Origin: Candidatus Binatia bacterium
GTDB taxonomy: Bacteria > Desulfobacterota > Binatia > UBA9968 > CAXXLF01
Assembly: GCA_963664015.2 (NCBI GenBank)
Contig: CAXXLF010000002.1
Location: 576,001-640,000, forward strand
Length of the DNA: 64,000 nt
Reading direction: 5' to 3'
Numbering within the stretch: position 1 is the first letter of the stretch; every line of letters begins with the position of its first letter. Below, in pieces: positions 29,176-39,980 of this stretch. The notes below the pieces were generated by a model that saw nothing but the letters and a program-made list of their open reading frames with translations, did not search any database and was not told the DNA's origin. The position numbers and the translations under genes are program-made.

Positions 29176-29958
29176 TCAGGCAACAGGTATTCCTGACACT
29201 TTCGTTCTTTGATACTCGGTCAGCTTTTTAACGATCAGTATCGCCAAGAACGCCAACGGCAACTCCACCATATCCTTCGCCAGTGAAAGCCAGGCGCTGG
29301 TGAGAAGCTCTTCCGCCTCCTTTGCCCGTACCGAAACCCGCAGCGACGCCTGTCCCAACCCGGTCGCAACCAGCCAACACAGCCACCATAGCGGCAAAAG
29401 GGCCGGGCGCGGAGCATCCTCCCAACGGCCAGAATAATCCGGATCACTGGCCTTGAACAATTCCTTCATGGCCGCATAGGGCTTCCAAAAGTGAAATACG
29501 GGCACAAAGAACCAACCCACCGACCATCCCGGGGCAAATTCCATACCTTCCGCCCCTAGGGCATGGGCATTTCGATTGGAGAGGAAGACCCACCTGAGAA
29601 ACAGCACCGATGTAACCAGATAATTTACAATGAATATAATCCTAACCACACTCTGCCGAGCGTGGTCTTCAGTCGCCTCCTGCTCCGTAAAAACGAGGCC
29701 GCTTTGCATGCGCTTGAGCAAATCGATTTCCAGCGAGTCCGACCACAGGCAAACGAGCGCCAAAACCAGGTGGACGGAAAGAAAGGTAATCACCCAGGAC
29801 GAGAGATTGTCCGTCGATTGAACCCCATAAGTGCCGGACCCCACGGACACACCTGCCTGCCCCGACAGCAGGTCGAAGCCACACTTGCAAATGACCGCGG
29901 TCGCAGCGTTCAACAAACCGCACTTCGGGCATCGCTTTGACAAATCGGATGGCTGCAT
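29176..29958 (-). CDS. DUF4328-like membrane protein with N-terminal Zn ribbon
   Basis: CPKC..C.CG; FLRW....RNA; PGWSVGWFFVP....KPY; LWW..W. Confidence 0.75.
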   Translation of the reverse strand: MQPSDLSKRCPKCGLLNAATAVICKCGFDLLSGQAGVSVGSGTYGVQSTDNLSSWVITFLSVHLVLALVCLWSDSLEIDLLKRMQSGLVFTEQEATEDHARQSVVRIIFIVNYLVTSVLFLRWVFLSNRNAHALGAEGMEFAPGWSVGWFFVPVFHFWKPYAAMKELFKASDPDYSGRWEDAPRPALLPLWWLCWLVATGLGQASLRVSVRAKEAEELLTSAWLSLAKDMVELPLAFLAILIVKKLTEYQRTKVSGIPVA

Positions 29959-30185
29959 TGTTACCTCGCCGGGATAGAACGCGTACAAGCCTCTTACACA
30001 CTGAGTAATACAAACAAACCACGACTACAATCTTAACCAAAATATGCCCGTACAACTGATCCCCAGCACCTCCTTTGACCTTCAACATATTGTGAAGGCC
30101 TGTCGGGAGACACTTGGTCAGAGAAAGACCCCAAGTTTCCGAATGCCCCTACTATTAAGACATTCAGGTTTGGTCACAGTCACGA

Positions 30186-30599
30186 TTACGGAAGAAACCA
30201 CTCCTTTTCCGACTTGGTGGGACTACGACAAGCGTCTCTTTGCCCGAACCACCGATATCGGTTTCTGGCTATGACCCGATAGGCTGGGGTTCGTATACAC
30301 CGGGGAATGAGCCGTGCCAGACCAAGAATCGTCCAGAGACCTCCGAGCCGTCTATAGATTTCCAGAGAGGCGTCAGACTGATCGTGAACGCCACGGTCAT
30401 CCACATAGATCATGGACCAATCGTTGCTCTCTTTGGATTGTGCGGGTAAAATCTCCTTTGCCGTCTCACCTTGAAGCGCTGCAAAACGAAACACCCCTTT
30501 GATATCGGCCCTTATGATTATGTCAACGAACCCATTGCACATCCCACACACACCATCAAAGAAAATGATCGGATGTTCGCGCAAGGAATCTTTATGCAT
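30186..30599 (-). CDS. DCC1-like (DUF393) thiol-disulfide oxidoreductase
   Basis: FDGVCGMC, FAALQ, Y..IARNRYRWFG. Confidence 0.9.
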   Translation of the reverse strand: MHKDSLREHPIIFFDGVCGMCNGFVDIIIRADIKGVFRFAALQGETAKEILPAQSKESNDWSMIYVDDRGVHDQSDASLEIYRRLGGLWTILGLARLIPRCIRTPAYRVIARNRYRWFGQRDACRSPTKSEKEWFLP

Positions 30600-30623
30600 T
30601 ATCCGATTGTTTCCTTTAATTTT

Positions 30624-31277
30624 CTACGCGGCGCCATTTACTAACGCATCGTTAACGTCAGGTCTCATGTCAAACCGAAGAATCAGAAGCCAGATAGCAA
30701 AGGATTGGGCGGCGCCGATTACGACGAGGCCGGCTAAATGCACAACATAAAAGTAAACATCCGATCGGATGCTGCCGCCAAGGAGCTGTATTCCAGTTTG
30801 TAGTATGACGCTTAGCTGGATTACGAGATAGAAAATGGGAATACCGAGAATGCCGCCGACGAATCCGGCGAGGGCAGCATGAAGTCGTCGTGAGCTTAAA
30901 GGATTGCTCATTCCCCAGATAAGCCCAGCGGACAACCCGATCAATCCAGTGCGAACAATCGGGAAGATCGGCCATGGCGGATTGAGCAGCAAGCCTATGG
31001 GAAGGGTGATAATGCCGATAACAACCCCTGCCAGCGCACCGGTCAAAACCAGCAGACGGGACTTCTCAACCACCCCCCGGGTCATTAAAATACATATGGC
31101 AAATAACGAATTGGAAATATTATCGAGAATCAATCCGGTGGTCATGTCAGGGGCATCGCCGAACAGATAATCATTGGCAAATATCCGTAGGTCGGCGATC
31201 AACCCGCCGGATGCACCTAACATGAGTGACCACAACAAAAATGGCCTTACCGTTGAATGATTAACCGATCGCGCCAC
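30624..31277 (-). CDS. Hypothetical multi-pass membrane protein
   Basis: 217-aa Gly-rich hydrophobic ORF co-oriented with its neighbours. Confidence 0.55.
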   Translation of the reverse strand: MARSVNHSTVRPFLLWSLMLGASGGLIADLRIFANDYLFGDAPDMTTGLILDNISNSLFAICILMTRGVVEKSRLLVLTGALAGVVIGIITLPIGLLLNPPWPIFPIVRTGLIGLSAGLIWGMSNPLSSRRLHAALAGFVGGILGIPIFYLVIQLSVILQTGIQLLGGSIRSDVYFYVVHLAGLVVIGAAQSFAIWLLILRFDMRPDVNDALVNGAA

Positions 31278-31312
31278 GGAGTCAGCCCCTTGCTACCGTC
31301 TTTCTAGTGGGA

Positions 31313-32255
31313 TCAGGACTTTCCCACTTCCAGGACCAGACCTTTGAGCTTTGCTAAAGCCATTTTATCGGAGCCGAGGATCTTCCTCAGCTTCCCTCCC
31401 CTGTCGGTCTTCTCCGCCGCGATCCGAAGCAGTACCTTGAAATCGCACTCCTTCTCTGCCCATCCTCTGACACCATAGAGAACCTCTAACAACCGGCGAC
31501 GAACCCCATAGGCCGGTTGATAGGCGCCGGTCATCGTTACAAATTTCTCGACCGCATCCGGCAGTTGGCCCCGGACCGATGCCCTCGCTGCAATTCGCGT
31601 CCGCATCTCGCTGGATGCTAGGTCTCTCATTTCTTGGGGAAATGAAAAGTAATGGACGTATTTCCCGTATGGACGGTTCTCTGCCTTACCGAGCAGCTGA
31701 TCCAATGCTTCTTCTCCCCAGGGGCCGCGGCCCGCAGCAACAATCTCCGTACTGGAGAAGAGGTCCTTAAGAGCCTTTTCCCTATCCTTAATAATAGCGG
31801 GGGGCAAAGATCTGGAGGACCTTATCCATACCGACAATGAATTGCATCTTGGCCTTCCCCCCTACCTGGGAACGAAACGCCTGGGCCTGCTCGAAGTAAA
31901 GGCCCTTGTTGACTACGGCAACGGACGCCCACTCCAATGGATCCGTCAACTCGGATAGGAGATGCAGGCGATCTTCCAAGACGAGTCCTTCGACTCTCTC
32001 TTTATCGATGGTGACACGGCTGATGGTGAAATAGACACGGTTAAGCCGGAAAGATTCCTTCACGCGCCGCGCAAGCTCCATATGGGCAAAAGTCGGTGGA
32101 TTAAAAGAACCGGAAAGGACGCCCACGGCCCCCTTTGTTATGCCCAGGGGCTTATCCGAAATTAGCGCATGGGGCGAGGCCTCCGCATCGAGACCTTCAA
32201 GGACCTCCCGGAATTTAAAGAGACGCTTTAGATCGTATAAGTTGTCGGCTGCCAT
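31313..32255 (-). pseudogene. Cytidyltransferase-like (NMN adenylyltransferase-like) gene with one frameshift
   Basis: SGSFNPPTFAH, then FIVGMDK...PRYY. An extra T near 31790 (TATTATTAAG) separates it from KDREKAL...ASSEMR. Confidence 0.7.
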
Positions 32256-32370
32256 TTTCTCAATCGTTGTGGGATATTAACGTCTGAAGCCTACAGCATT
32301 CATTTAATTGTTTAAAGGATTATTTATTGTCTTGAACCGAATTACGGACTAGGTTAAAAAATACTTAACC

Positions 32371-33981
32371 TTGCAAGTTTTACTTCCATCACTAAAAGCG
32401 TCAGGCTTAACCCTCTTGGCCCTCTCTGCCCTGCTCTTTCTGGGCGCCTGTGGCCCTGACCCGCACCAAACCGGCGAGAGCATCTTTCGCGTCAACCTCG
32501 GTACGGAACCGCCCAGCCTTGACTGGTCCCGTGCAACGGATCACGTCTCCTTCAACGTCCTGGTCAACCTGATCGTCGGTCTCACAGAATTTGACCGTGA
32601 GCTCAAGCCCGCGCCTATGGTAGCGAGGTCATGGGAATTCGTCGACGGAGGGAAAACAATCCTATTTCACCTGCGCGACGACGTCCGCTGGAGCGACGGG
32701 AAGACGGTTCGGGCCCAAGACTTCGTTTATTCCTGGCGCCGGCTCTTGAGTCCGGAAACCGCCTCCGAATACGCTTATATCCTTTTCGACATCGTCAACG
32801 CCGAGGAATACAACCAGGGAAAAATTGCCGATCCCGCACTAGTAGGCGTTGCGGCCCGGGACGACTGGACGCTGGAGGTGAATCTCAAGGTCCCCGCACC
32901 CTATTTCCTGGCCATCACCACCTTTGAGGTCACATTCCCTCAGCGCGAGGACATCGTCAAACAGTTTAGCGAGAGCTGGACTACGCCGGGTAAAATCGTA
33001 ACCAATGGCCCCTTCCTTCTCGATACCTGGAGACACGAAAACGAGATCCAACTCACGGCCAACCCGGATTTTTTTCTCGGCAAACCGGCCATCGATCGAA
33101 TCCAGATGACCATGGTCAGTGAAAAGACCACCGCCCTGGCCATGTACGAAAGGGGCCAGCTCGACTTCATCGAAAACAAGAGCATCCCGATCTTCGAAAA
33201 ACGCCGAATCAGAGAACGCCCCGGCTACCGGGTGGTCCCCCAGCTCCGGGGCTACTATTACGGATTTGCGACCCACCTGAAGCCCTTTGACGACACGCGC
33301 GTGCGCCGGGCCTTCGCTCTCGCAATCGACGAGCGAGTTTTTCCCAAGGTCCTACACGGCGACGAGCGCCCGACAAAGTCCTGGATCCCACCCGGCATGC
33401 TCGCCTACAACCGGGAGATCGGGCTCTTGTTCAATCCGGCGGTCGCACGGCGTCTGCTCGCTGAAGCAGGCTATCCCGGTGGCATTGGGTTCCCCGATGT
33501 TACCCTGGGATACAATACGGACGAAACCCACAAAACGGTGGCAGAGGCGGTTCAAAGCATGTGGAAAAAGAATCTGGGTGTGCTGGTGCAGCTTGAGAAC
33601 CAAGAGTGGAAGGTCTACCTCGACAAGTTACGCCGGGACCCGCCCCATATCCACCGTTTGGGCTGGGGCGCCGACTACCCAGACCCGCACAACTTCATGA
33701 ACCTGTTCACCTCCACCAGCGGCAACAACAACACACGGTGGAAAAGCAAACGCTACGACGCTTTGGTGGAACAGGCAGCCCGGGAGCTGGACCCTGAGAC
33801 GCGGATAAAACTATACAATGATGCGCAACGTCTTCTCTGCGAGACCGATATCCCCATTGTGCCCCTGTTCGTGACCACGGAGACCACGGTGTTGAACCCG
33901 CGATTCATCGGGCTGGAGTTAAACTCCATGGCAAGGCTCATGCTCCGCGACGTTCGCCTCAAGGAACCCCCTACCCCCTAG
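32371..33981 (+). CDS. oppA: Oligopeptide ABC transporter substrate-binding lipoprotein
   Basis: Lipobox LGAC, EPPSLD, WSDG, NGPF, GWGADY.DP. Confidence 0.92.
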   Translation: MQVLLPSLKASGLTLLALSALLFLGACGPDPHQTGESIFRVNLGTEPPSLDWSRATDHVSFNVLVNLIVGLTEFDRELKPAPMVARSWEFVDGGKTILFHLRDDVRWSDGKTVRAQDFVYSWRRLLSPETASEYAYILFDIVNAEEYNQGKIADPALVGVAARDDWTLEVNLKVPAPYFLAITTFEVTFPQREDIVKQFSESWTTPGKIVTNGPFLLDTWRHENEIQLTANPDFFLGKPAIDRIQMTMVSEKTTALAMYERGQLDFIENKSIPIFEKRRIRERPGYRVVPQLRGYYYGFATHLKPFDDTRVRRAFALAIDERVFPKVLHGDERPTKSWIPPGMLAYNREIGLLFNPAVARRLLAEAGYPGGIGFPDVTLGYNTDETHKTVAEAVQSMWKKNLGVLVQLENQEWKVYLDKLRRDPPHIHRLGWGADYPDPHNFMNLFTSTSGNNNTRWKSKRYDALVEQAARELDPETRIKLYNDAQRLLCETDIPIVPLFVTTETTVLNPRFIGLELNSMARLMLRDVRLKEPPTP

Positions 33982-34036
33982 ATTCTGGCCGATAAAATGT
34001 TCAACAAAATGACGTTCAAACCTTTTCTTCTATTTT

Positions 34037-34172
34037 CTCCGAACTTGGCGTCCATTGGGACTTTACCCCTCGATTCCCCTCGGGGTCCTGAGGTTCTCGA
34101 AGGGCGCGAGTTATCATATTTTCGAATCTGTAATCTAAACTTCAACCGGAAACTTCAAATACCTTTGCCTAG
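34037..34172. repeat. REP/MITE-like composite palindromic element, copy 2
   Basis: CTCCGAACTTGGCGTCC...CTCGA-CCTCGGG-GT-CCTGAGG-TTCTCGAAGGG-CGCGAG. TCAACCGGAAACTT nearby also resembles 1876-1890. Confidence 0.65.
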
Positions 34173-34185
34173 AAATTAGTACCGA

Positions 34186-35103
34186 ATGGGCCGATTCATA
34201 CTCAGGCGCCTCTACCACGGTCTCGCCGTCCTATGGGTGGTCGCCACGCTGACCTTCATCCTCATGCACATCACCCCCGGAGGCCCCTTTGACCGGGAGC
34301 AACGCCTGCCACCTCAGATCATGGCCAACCTGCAGGCCAAGTATCACCTCGACAAACCCCCGTGGCACCAGTACCTGCTCTACCTGCACGGCCTGGTCCG
34401 CGGCGATCTGGGACCTTCGTACAAGTACTTGACCCGAACCGTCACGGACATTGTGGCTTCGACCCTGCCGGTCTCGGCACTCCTTGGCGCTCTCGCCCTG
34501 GCCTGCGCCGTAATCATCGCGCTACCCACAGGGCTATTGGCGGCCTATTACAAAAACTCCTGGGTGGACCGCTGGTGTTTGTTCCTGGCGACCCTCGGAA
34601 TCTCACTGCCCAATTTCATTCTCGGTGCGCTTTTAATTTGGCTCCTCTCACTCCAATTTGGTTGGTTTCAAGCGGGGCGATGGGGTCCTATCTCCAGTAT
34701 GGTTCTGCCGACCCTAACTCTGGGGGCGGCTCCCGCCGCCTATCTGTCTTACCTGCTCCGGTCCACATTGATCGAAACTCTCGGGGAGGACTTTATCCGC
34801 ACCGCGCGGGCCAAGGGCCTCAAGGAAAAAGTCGTCCTTTTAAAACATGCGCTTCGCAACTCGATCAATCCGGTCCTGACCGTGATGGGCCCCCTCCTGG
34901 CGGCCCTGGTGACTGGTTCCTTTGTCGTCGAATACGTGTTTGCCATTCTCGGTATGGGGCGGTTCTTCATCACGGCGGTAACGGATCGGGATTATCCGAT
35001 GATTATGGGGGTCACCCTCGTGTACAGCACATTACTGGTGGGGGCCAACCTGATCGTTGATTTGCTCTATTCGGTCGCCGATCCGCGAGTTAAAATCCGT
35101 TGA
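34186..35103 (+). CDS. oppB: Oligopeptide ABC permease
   Basis: PGGPF, GDLGPS, TARAKGL (EAA loop), DRDYP. Confidence 0.92.
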   Translation: MGRFILRRLYHGLAVLWVVATLTFILMHITPGGPFDREQRLPPQIMANLQAKYHLDKPPWHQYLLYLHGLVRGDLGPSYKYLTRTVTDIVASTLPVSALLGALALACAVIIALPTGLLAAYYKNSWVDRWCLFLATLGISLPNFILGALLIWLLSLQFGWFQAGRWGPISSMVLPTLTLGAAPAAYLSYLLRSTLIETLGEDFIRTARAKGLKEKVVLLKHALRNSINPVLTVMGPLLAALVTGSFVVEYVFAILGMGRFFITAVTDRDYPMIMGVTLVYSTLLVGANLIVDLLYSVADPRVKIR

Positions 35104-35113
35104 GAGAAAGGGC

Positions 35114-35977
35114 ATGAAAGAAGAGAATTTACTAAAAACTTTGTGGCAGGGGTTGCGCCGGAACCAGGTGGCCTTGGGCAGTCTGGTCTTCATCCTGGCA
35201 ATGGCCGTGGGTAGCGCGCTCGTTTCTTTGCTCTCCCCTTACAGCTCGGGAGGGTTCGACGAGGCCCATATCCTCGAAACCCCCAGCCTCAGCCACTGGA
35301 TGGGGACCGACGGGTTGGGACGAGACCTGTTGACCCGGATCCTCTATGGTGCGCGGGTTTCCCTCACGGTGGGAGTGGGGACTACGGGACTCGCCTTACT
35401 CATGGGAACGATCTATGGCTTGATCTCCGGCTATGCCCGTCCCCAGGTGGATAACCTGCTCATGCGAATCGTAGACATCTTCTACAGCCTGCCGGACCTG
35501 CTGGTCTTCATCCTGCTCTCGCTGGTCCTGGGACGAAACGTCATGGGCCTACTTATATCACTGGGCCTGGTCACCTGGGTGCGACTTGCAAGGCTGACGC
35601 GAGGCGAAGTCTTACAGGCCAAGGAATCTATTTACGTGGAGGGCGCAAGGGCTATCGGTGCCAGCGGCACGAGGATCCTGTTACGTCACATTCTGCCCAA
35701 CATTATGGGTCCCATCATCGTAACCCTAACCTTTATGGTACCCGTCGTGATCCTCGCCGAGTCGACCCTGAGTTTTATTGGTCTGGGGATCAATGATCCT
35801 TACAGCCCGTGGGGAACGAGCTGGGGCACCCTGGCCCAGGACGGGTGGCGCGCCATGCGCACCTATCCCCACGTGATATTCTTCCCGGGACTGGCTATCT
35901 TCTTGACAATCCTGTCGCTCAATTTTCTCGGCAACGCCGTGAGAGACATCTTGGATCCGAGAGGTAAGTTACGATAA
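35114..35977 (+). CDS. oppC: Oligopeptide ABC permease
   Basis: GTDGLGRD, YVEGARAIGAS, HILPN, ESTLSFIGLG; start ATG 35114. Confidence 0.92.
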   Translation: MKEENLLKTLWQGLRRNQVALGSLVFILAMAVGSALVSLLSPYSSGGFDEAHILETPSLSHWMGTDGLGRDLLTRILYGARVSLTVGVGTTGLALLMGTIYGLISGYARPQVDNLLMRIVDIFYSLPDLLVFILLSLVLGRNVMGLLISLGLVTWVRLARLTRGEVLQAKESIYVEGARAIGASGTRILLRHILPNIMGPIIVTLTFMVPVVILAESTLSFIGLGINDPYSPWGTSWGTLAQDGWRAMRTYPHVIFFPGLAIFLTILSLNFLGNAVRDILDPRGKLR

Positions 35978-35995
35978 GTCGGTGGCGGGTTGCGA

Positions 35996-36874
35996 TCAAG
36001 CCCGATTGAAAGTAGGCGTCCGGCCCTGCATGAGAGTGGCTAGTGAAGCCGCATCGAAGCGCAAACCCACATAGAAAGAACCGAACAGGGCGTAAATGGC
36101 GCTGGCCTCATCAAAGCGCATCTCGTAAACGATTTTTTTGAACTGCAGGGGATCGTCAGCGAATAGATCGACGCCCCATTCCCAGTCGTCAAACCCCATG
36201 GAACCTGAGATGATCTGGGTGATCTTCCCCGCGTACATGCGCCCCACCATGCCATGCTCGTGGAGCATGCGCTGGCGCTCCTTCATAGGCACGGTGAACC
36301 AATTTTGGATCTCCCCCCGCTTGCGTCCCATGGGATAAAAACAGAGGTGCCGGCGGGTTGGGATCTTGGGCCAGAGCCGTGGTCCCTGCGCCTCCCTCTG
36401 TTCCGCCAGGGCCGCTTCCACCGCCTGCGCCCATTCGGGAGTACCGGGATTCACTCCCCTGTCCTTGAGTTCGGGATAGAGCCGCGCCGTCGCCTGGTAG
36501 AGACCCAGTTCCAGGACCGATAGGTATGAGGTTGTGGGCTCAAGGAACTCGGCAAATTTCAGATTGGCCAGGCTGAGCTCCGTTTCATTGATCGCTTCAA
36601 GGGTGCGCCGAAAATGGACGATCATCAGATCCCCCTTATGTCCCAGCAGGGAAAACACAGCGCTCTGTCCGTCCTCTCGCTGCTCCATTCCCTCGAGCGC
36701 GGCGCACGCCTCGCCGATGGCAGAATCCCTTTCTCTGAACGAGAGCGCCTTCCAGGCGGGCCAGTTAATACGAAACATCTGGTGCAGGATACTCCAGCCG
36801 TCCAGGGTCATAGGAACGCCGGGGAGACCGTCGTCGTTGACCTCTTGAGTTTTAGTGGCGTTTTCTCTTTCCAT
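35996..36874 (-). CDS. hemQ: Coproheme decarboxylase (chlorite dismutase-like family)
   Basis: TLDGWSILHQ, GHKGD, FYPM..KR....NW, EHG..GR.YAG, DDWEWGV, YEMRFDE. Confidence 0.85.
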   Translation of the reverse strand: MERENATKTQEVNDDGLPGVPMTLDGWSILHQMFRINWPAWKALSFRERDSAIGEACAALEGMEQREDGQSAVFSLLGHKGDLMIVHFRRTLEAINETELSLANLKFAEFLEPTTSYLSVLELGLYQATARLYPELKDRGVNPGTPEWAQAVEAALAEQREAQGPRLWPKIPTRRHLCFYPMGRKRGEIQNWFTVPMKERQRMLHEHGMVGRMYAGKITQIISGSMGFDDWEWGVDLFADDPLQFKKIVYEMRFDEASAIYALFGSFYVGLRFDAASLATLMQGRTPTFNRA

Positions 36875-36986
36875 AGGTCCTTTTTCCCTGCCTCTCGATC
36901 CAAATCCCAAGAATCATTCCCCCTAATATGTATCGTGCCCCGCGCTTGTTTGCAATTTTACCTCTATTTCATTATGTGAGGAGACA

Positions 36987-38250
36987 ATGCAGCTAAATCT
37001 CCTGCGCCTATCTTTAATTGGAGCTCTGTTTTTTCAGGGCTTTTTTCCCCAGCTCCTCCCTGGCTGAGTCCAGTCCTGTCCAGGAGGTCGTTCTGGACAA
37101 CGGTCTCAAGGTCCTCCTTTTAGAGGACCATAAGAGCCCCGCCGTTACCTTTCAGGTCTGGTATCGGGTCGGCTCCAGAAATGAAAAGGACGTTAAGAGC
37201 GGCCTTTCCCACTTTCTAGAACACATGAGGTTCAAAGGGACATCCAAGATCGGCCCTGGCGAATTTATGAGGATCATCGCAAGACAGGGCGGCCGCTCCA
37301 ATGCCCTCACATTGCAAGACACGACGGTCTATTTTGCTACCATGAGCCGGGACAAGATTGAGTTCTGCGTTTCGATGGAAGCGGATCGCATGGTGCGGGC
37401 CTGCATGAATGAGGAGCACTTTGAGGCCGAGAAAAATGTCGTCATGGAAGAACGACGCCTTAGGACCGACCTTCCTCCGCCCTGTCGGTGGCCATCAACC
37501 CTGTCGCCGGAGGACCTCAAAAACTATTACCGAACCTATTACGCCCCCAACAACGCCTTTATAGTTGTCGTCGGAGATTTTCCGCCGTCGGCGATGCTAA
37601 CCCAGATCAAGGCGACTTTCGGCAAGATACCCCGCGGACCTACGCCCCCGAAGCTCCTTATCAAAGAAAGACCTCAAACAGGCGAGCGACGGGTTATTCT
37701 CAAAAAAGAGGCGGAACTTTCTTTTGTCCTCATGGCCTACCATGTACCTAATCTTCACAATCCGGACAGTTACGCATTGGATCTGCTGTCGGTGGTCCTC
37801 GCCGAAGGACGCAGTTCCAGGCTCCACCGCGATCTCGTCTACGGTCAACGCCTCTCTCGCAGAGTGGACGCCGGTTACGACGCTTTCGCTATCGATTCTA
37901 CGATCTTCTCGATCGAGGCTCAGGCCATGCCCGGGGAAGACCCCGCTGACGTGGAGCATGCTATCGATGAACTGCTGGCTAAGATTAAATCCGAACCCAT
38001 TACGGAACGGGAGCTACAAAAGGCAAAGAACCAGGTTGAGGCCTCTTTTGTTTTCCGCCAGAATTCCATCTTCGGCCAAGCCATGAGGATAGACCATCAC
38101 GAGATAACAGGGGGCTGGTCCCAAATAGACCGATATCTCGACGGGATAAGATAACTCACCGCAAACGACCTCATGAGGGTAACGCGAAAATACCTCCACT
38201 CGGATCGACGCACGGTCGGGATCATGATACCCACCCCACAGGCGGAGTAA
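36987..38250 (+). pseudogene. M16 zinc peptidase, catalytic subunit (decayed)
   Basis: HFLEH motif; frameshift in a T run near 37030-37050; internal deletion near 37470; in-frame TAA at 38152-38154. Confidence 0.85.
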
Positions 38251-39403
38251 TGAAAAAGATTTTCCCGGTGTGCCTGTTTCTGGCCCTCCCCCTAAACGCT
38301 CCCACGCCTTCCCTCGCAGGTCCGCGGGCTCAACGGACCGTCTTGAATAACGGCCTGGCCCTGTTGACCTCGGACCAAAGAAACCTGCCCATGGTCACAC
38401 TGGAACTGCTCATCAAGGCCGGCTCCCGCTACGACCCTGCGGGGCAGGAAGGCATCGCGAATCTCACCTCACGGCTTCTCACTTACGGGACCCGACAGCG
38501 CTCGGCACTCCAGATCAGCGAAGAGCTCGACTTTATCGGAGCCCGGTTACGAACCCGCTGTAGAAACAATCAGGTGACGGTCAACCTAACCCTGCTCAAG
38601 AAGGACCTCGACGTGGGGCTCCATCTGTTTGCCGAGATCTTGACCGATAGCATATTTCCTCCGAACGAAATCCAGCGACTCAAAAACTCCGTCGTTGCCG
38701 CCATCCAATCTAAAAGGGAAAACGCGAGGGCTATCGCACGGGAGACTTTCATAGCCACATTGTATCCCGACAGCCCTCACGGACGTCCCGTAGAGGGGAG
38801 CGAAGGGTCAGTGACCACCATTGATCGCTCCCACATTAAGAGTTTCTTTCAGAACTATTACCGTCCCAACCGTTCAATTTTAGCCGTGGTTGGAGACGTT
38901 ACCCGGGAAGAGATTGAAGAAAAGCTGAACCAGTCCATGAAAGGATGGAAAAAGGGGTCCCACCCCACCGACTCCCCCATCGCCATGCACCTGGCGTTGG
39001 CCACCACCATTCGAGTCGATAGACATCTCACCCAGCCCAACATCATGGTAAGTCACACGGGCATTTCCAGGGGGCACCCGGATTATTACGCCGTTTACGT
39101 GATGAACCACATCCTGGGTGACGGCGGCCTATCGTCACGGCTGGTCCATGCCATCCGCATCAAGCGATCCTTTGGCTTACTCCGTCCACAGCCGATTCGA
39201 CGCGGGAAAAGAGATGGGAACATTTCGCGTGAGGATGCAGACAAAAAACGCGACCGCCCAGGAAGCCCTGGCGGTCGCCCAAAAGGAAATCGAACGGATT
39301 CAGGCGCAGGGAGTTAACGAAGAGGAGCTGGGGGACGCGAAACTACCTCCACCCGAACGGGCTAACCACCGTCATCGTGGCCAATCTAGAAAAAGTAAGA
39401 TAA
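38250..39403 (+). pseudogene. M16 peptidase non-catalytic partner (decayed)
   Basis: Frameshift near 39165 (LAYSV in another frame); C-terminal deletion joins DAK to YLHPNGLTTVIV. Confidence 0.85.
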
Positions 39404-39512
39404 AACCCATGGAATTATATGGCTTAAAGTGGTAGGTTAGACTTCTTGGATCGGCCTTGACATCTCAGACGATCTGGAAAAAGCTGAACCAGCAAGCAGG
39501 AAAGGGGTCACC

Positions 39513-39896
<384 letters not shown>

Positions 39897-39980
39897 CGGT
39901 TTCGTCGCCTTTCCTATTTTAGTCCACGGTATCATCCCGACTTCCACAGGAAACGGGAGAAGGCCTCAAAGAAATTGAGC

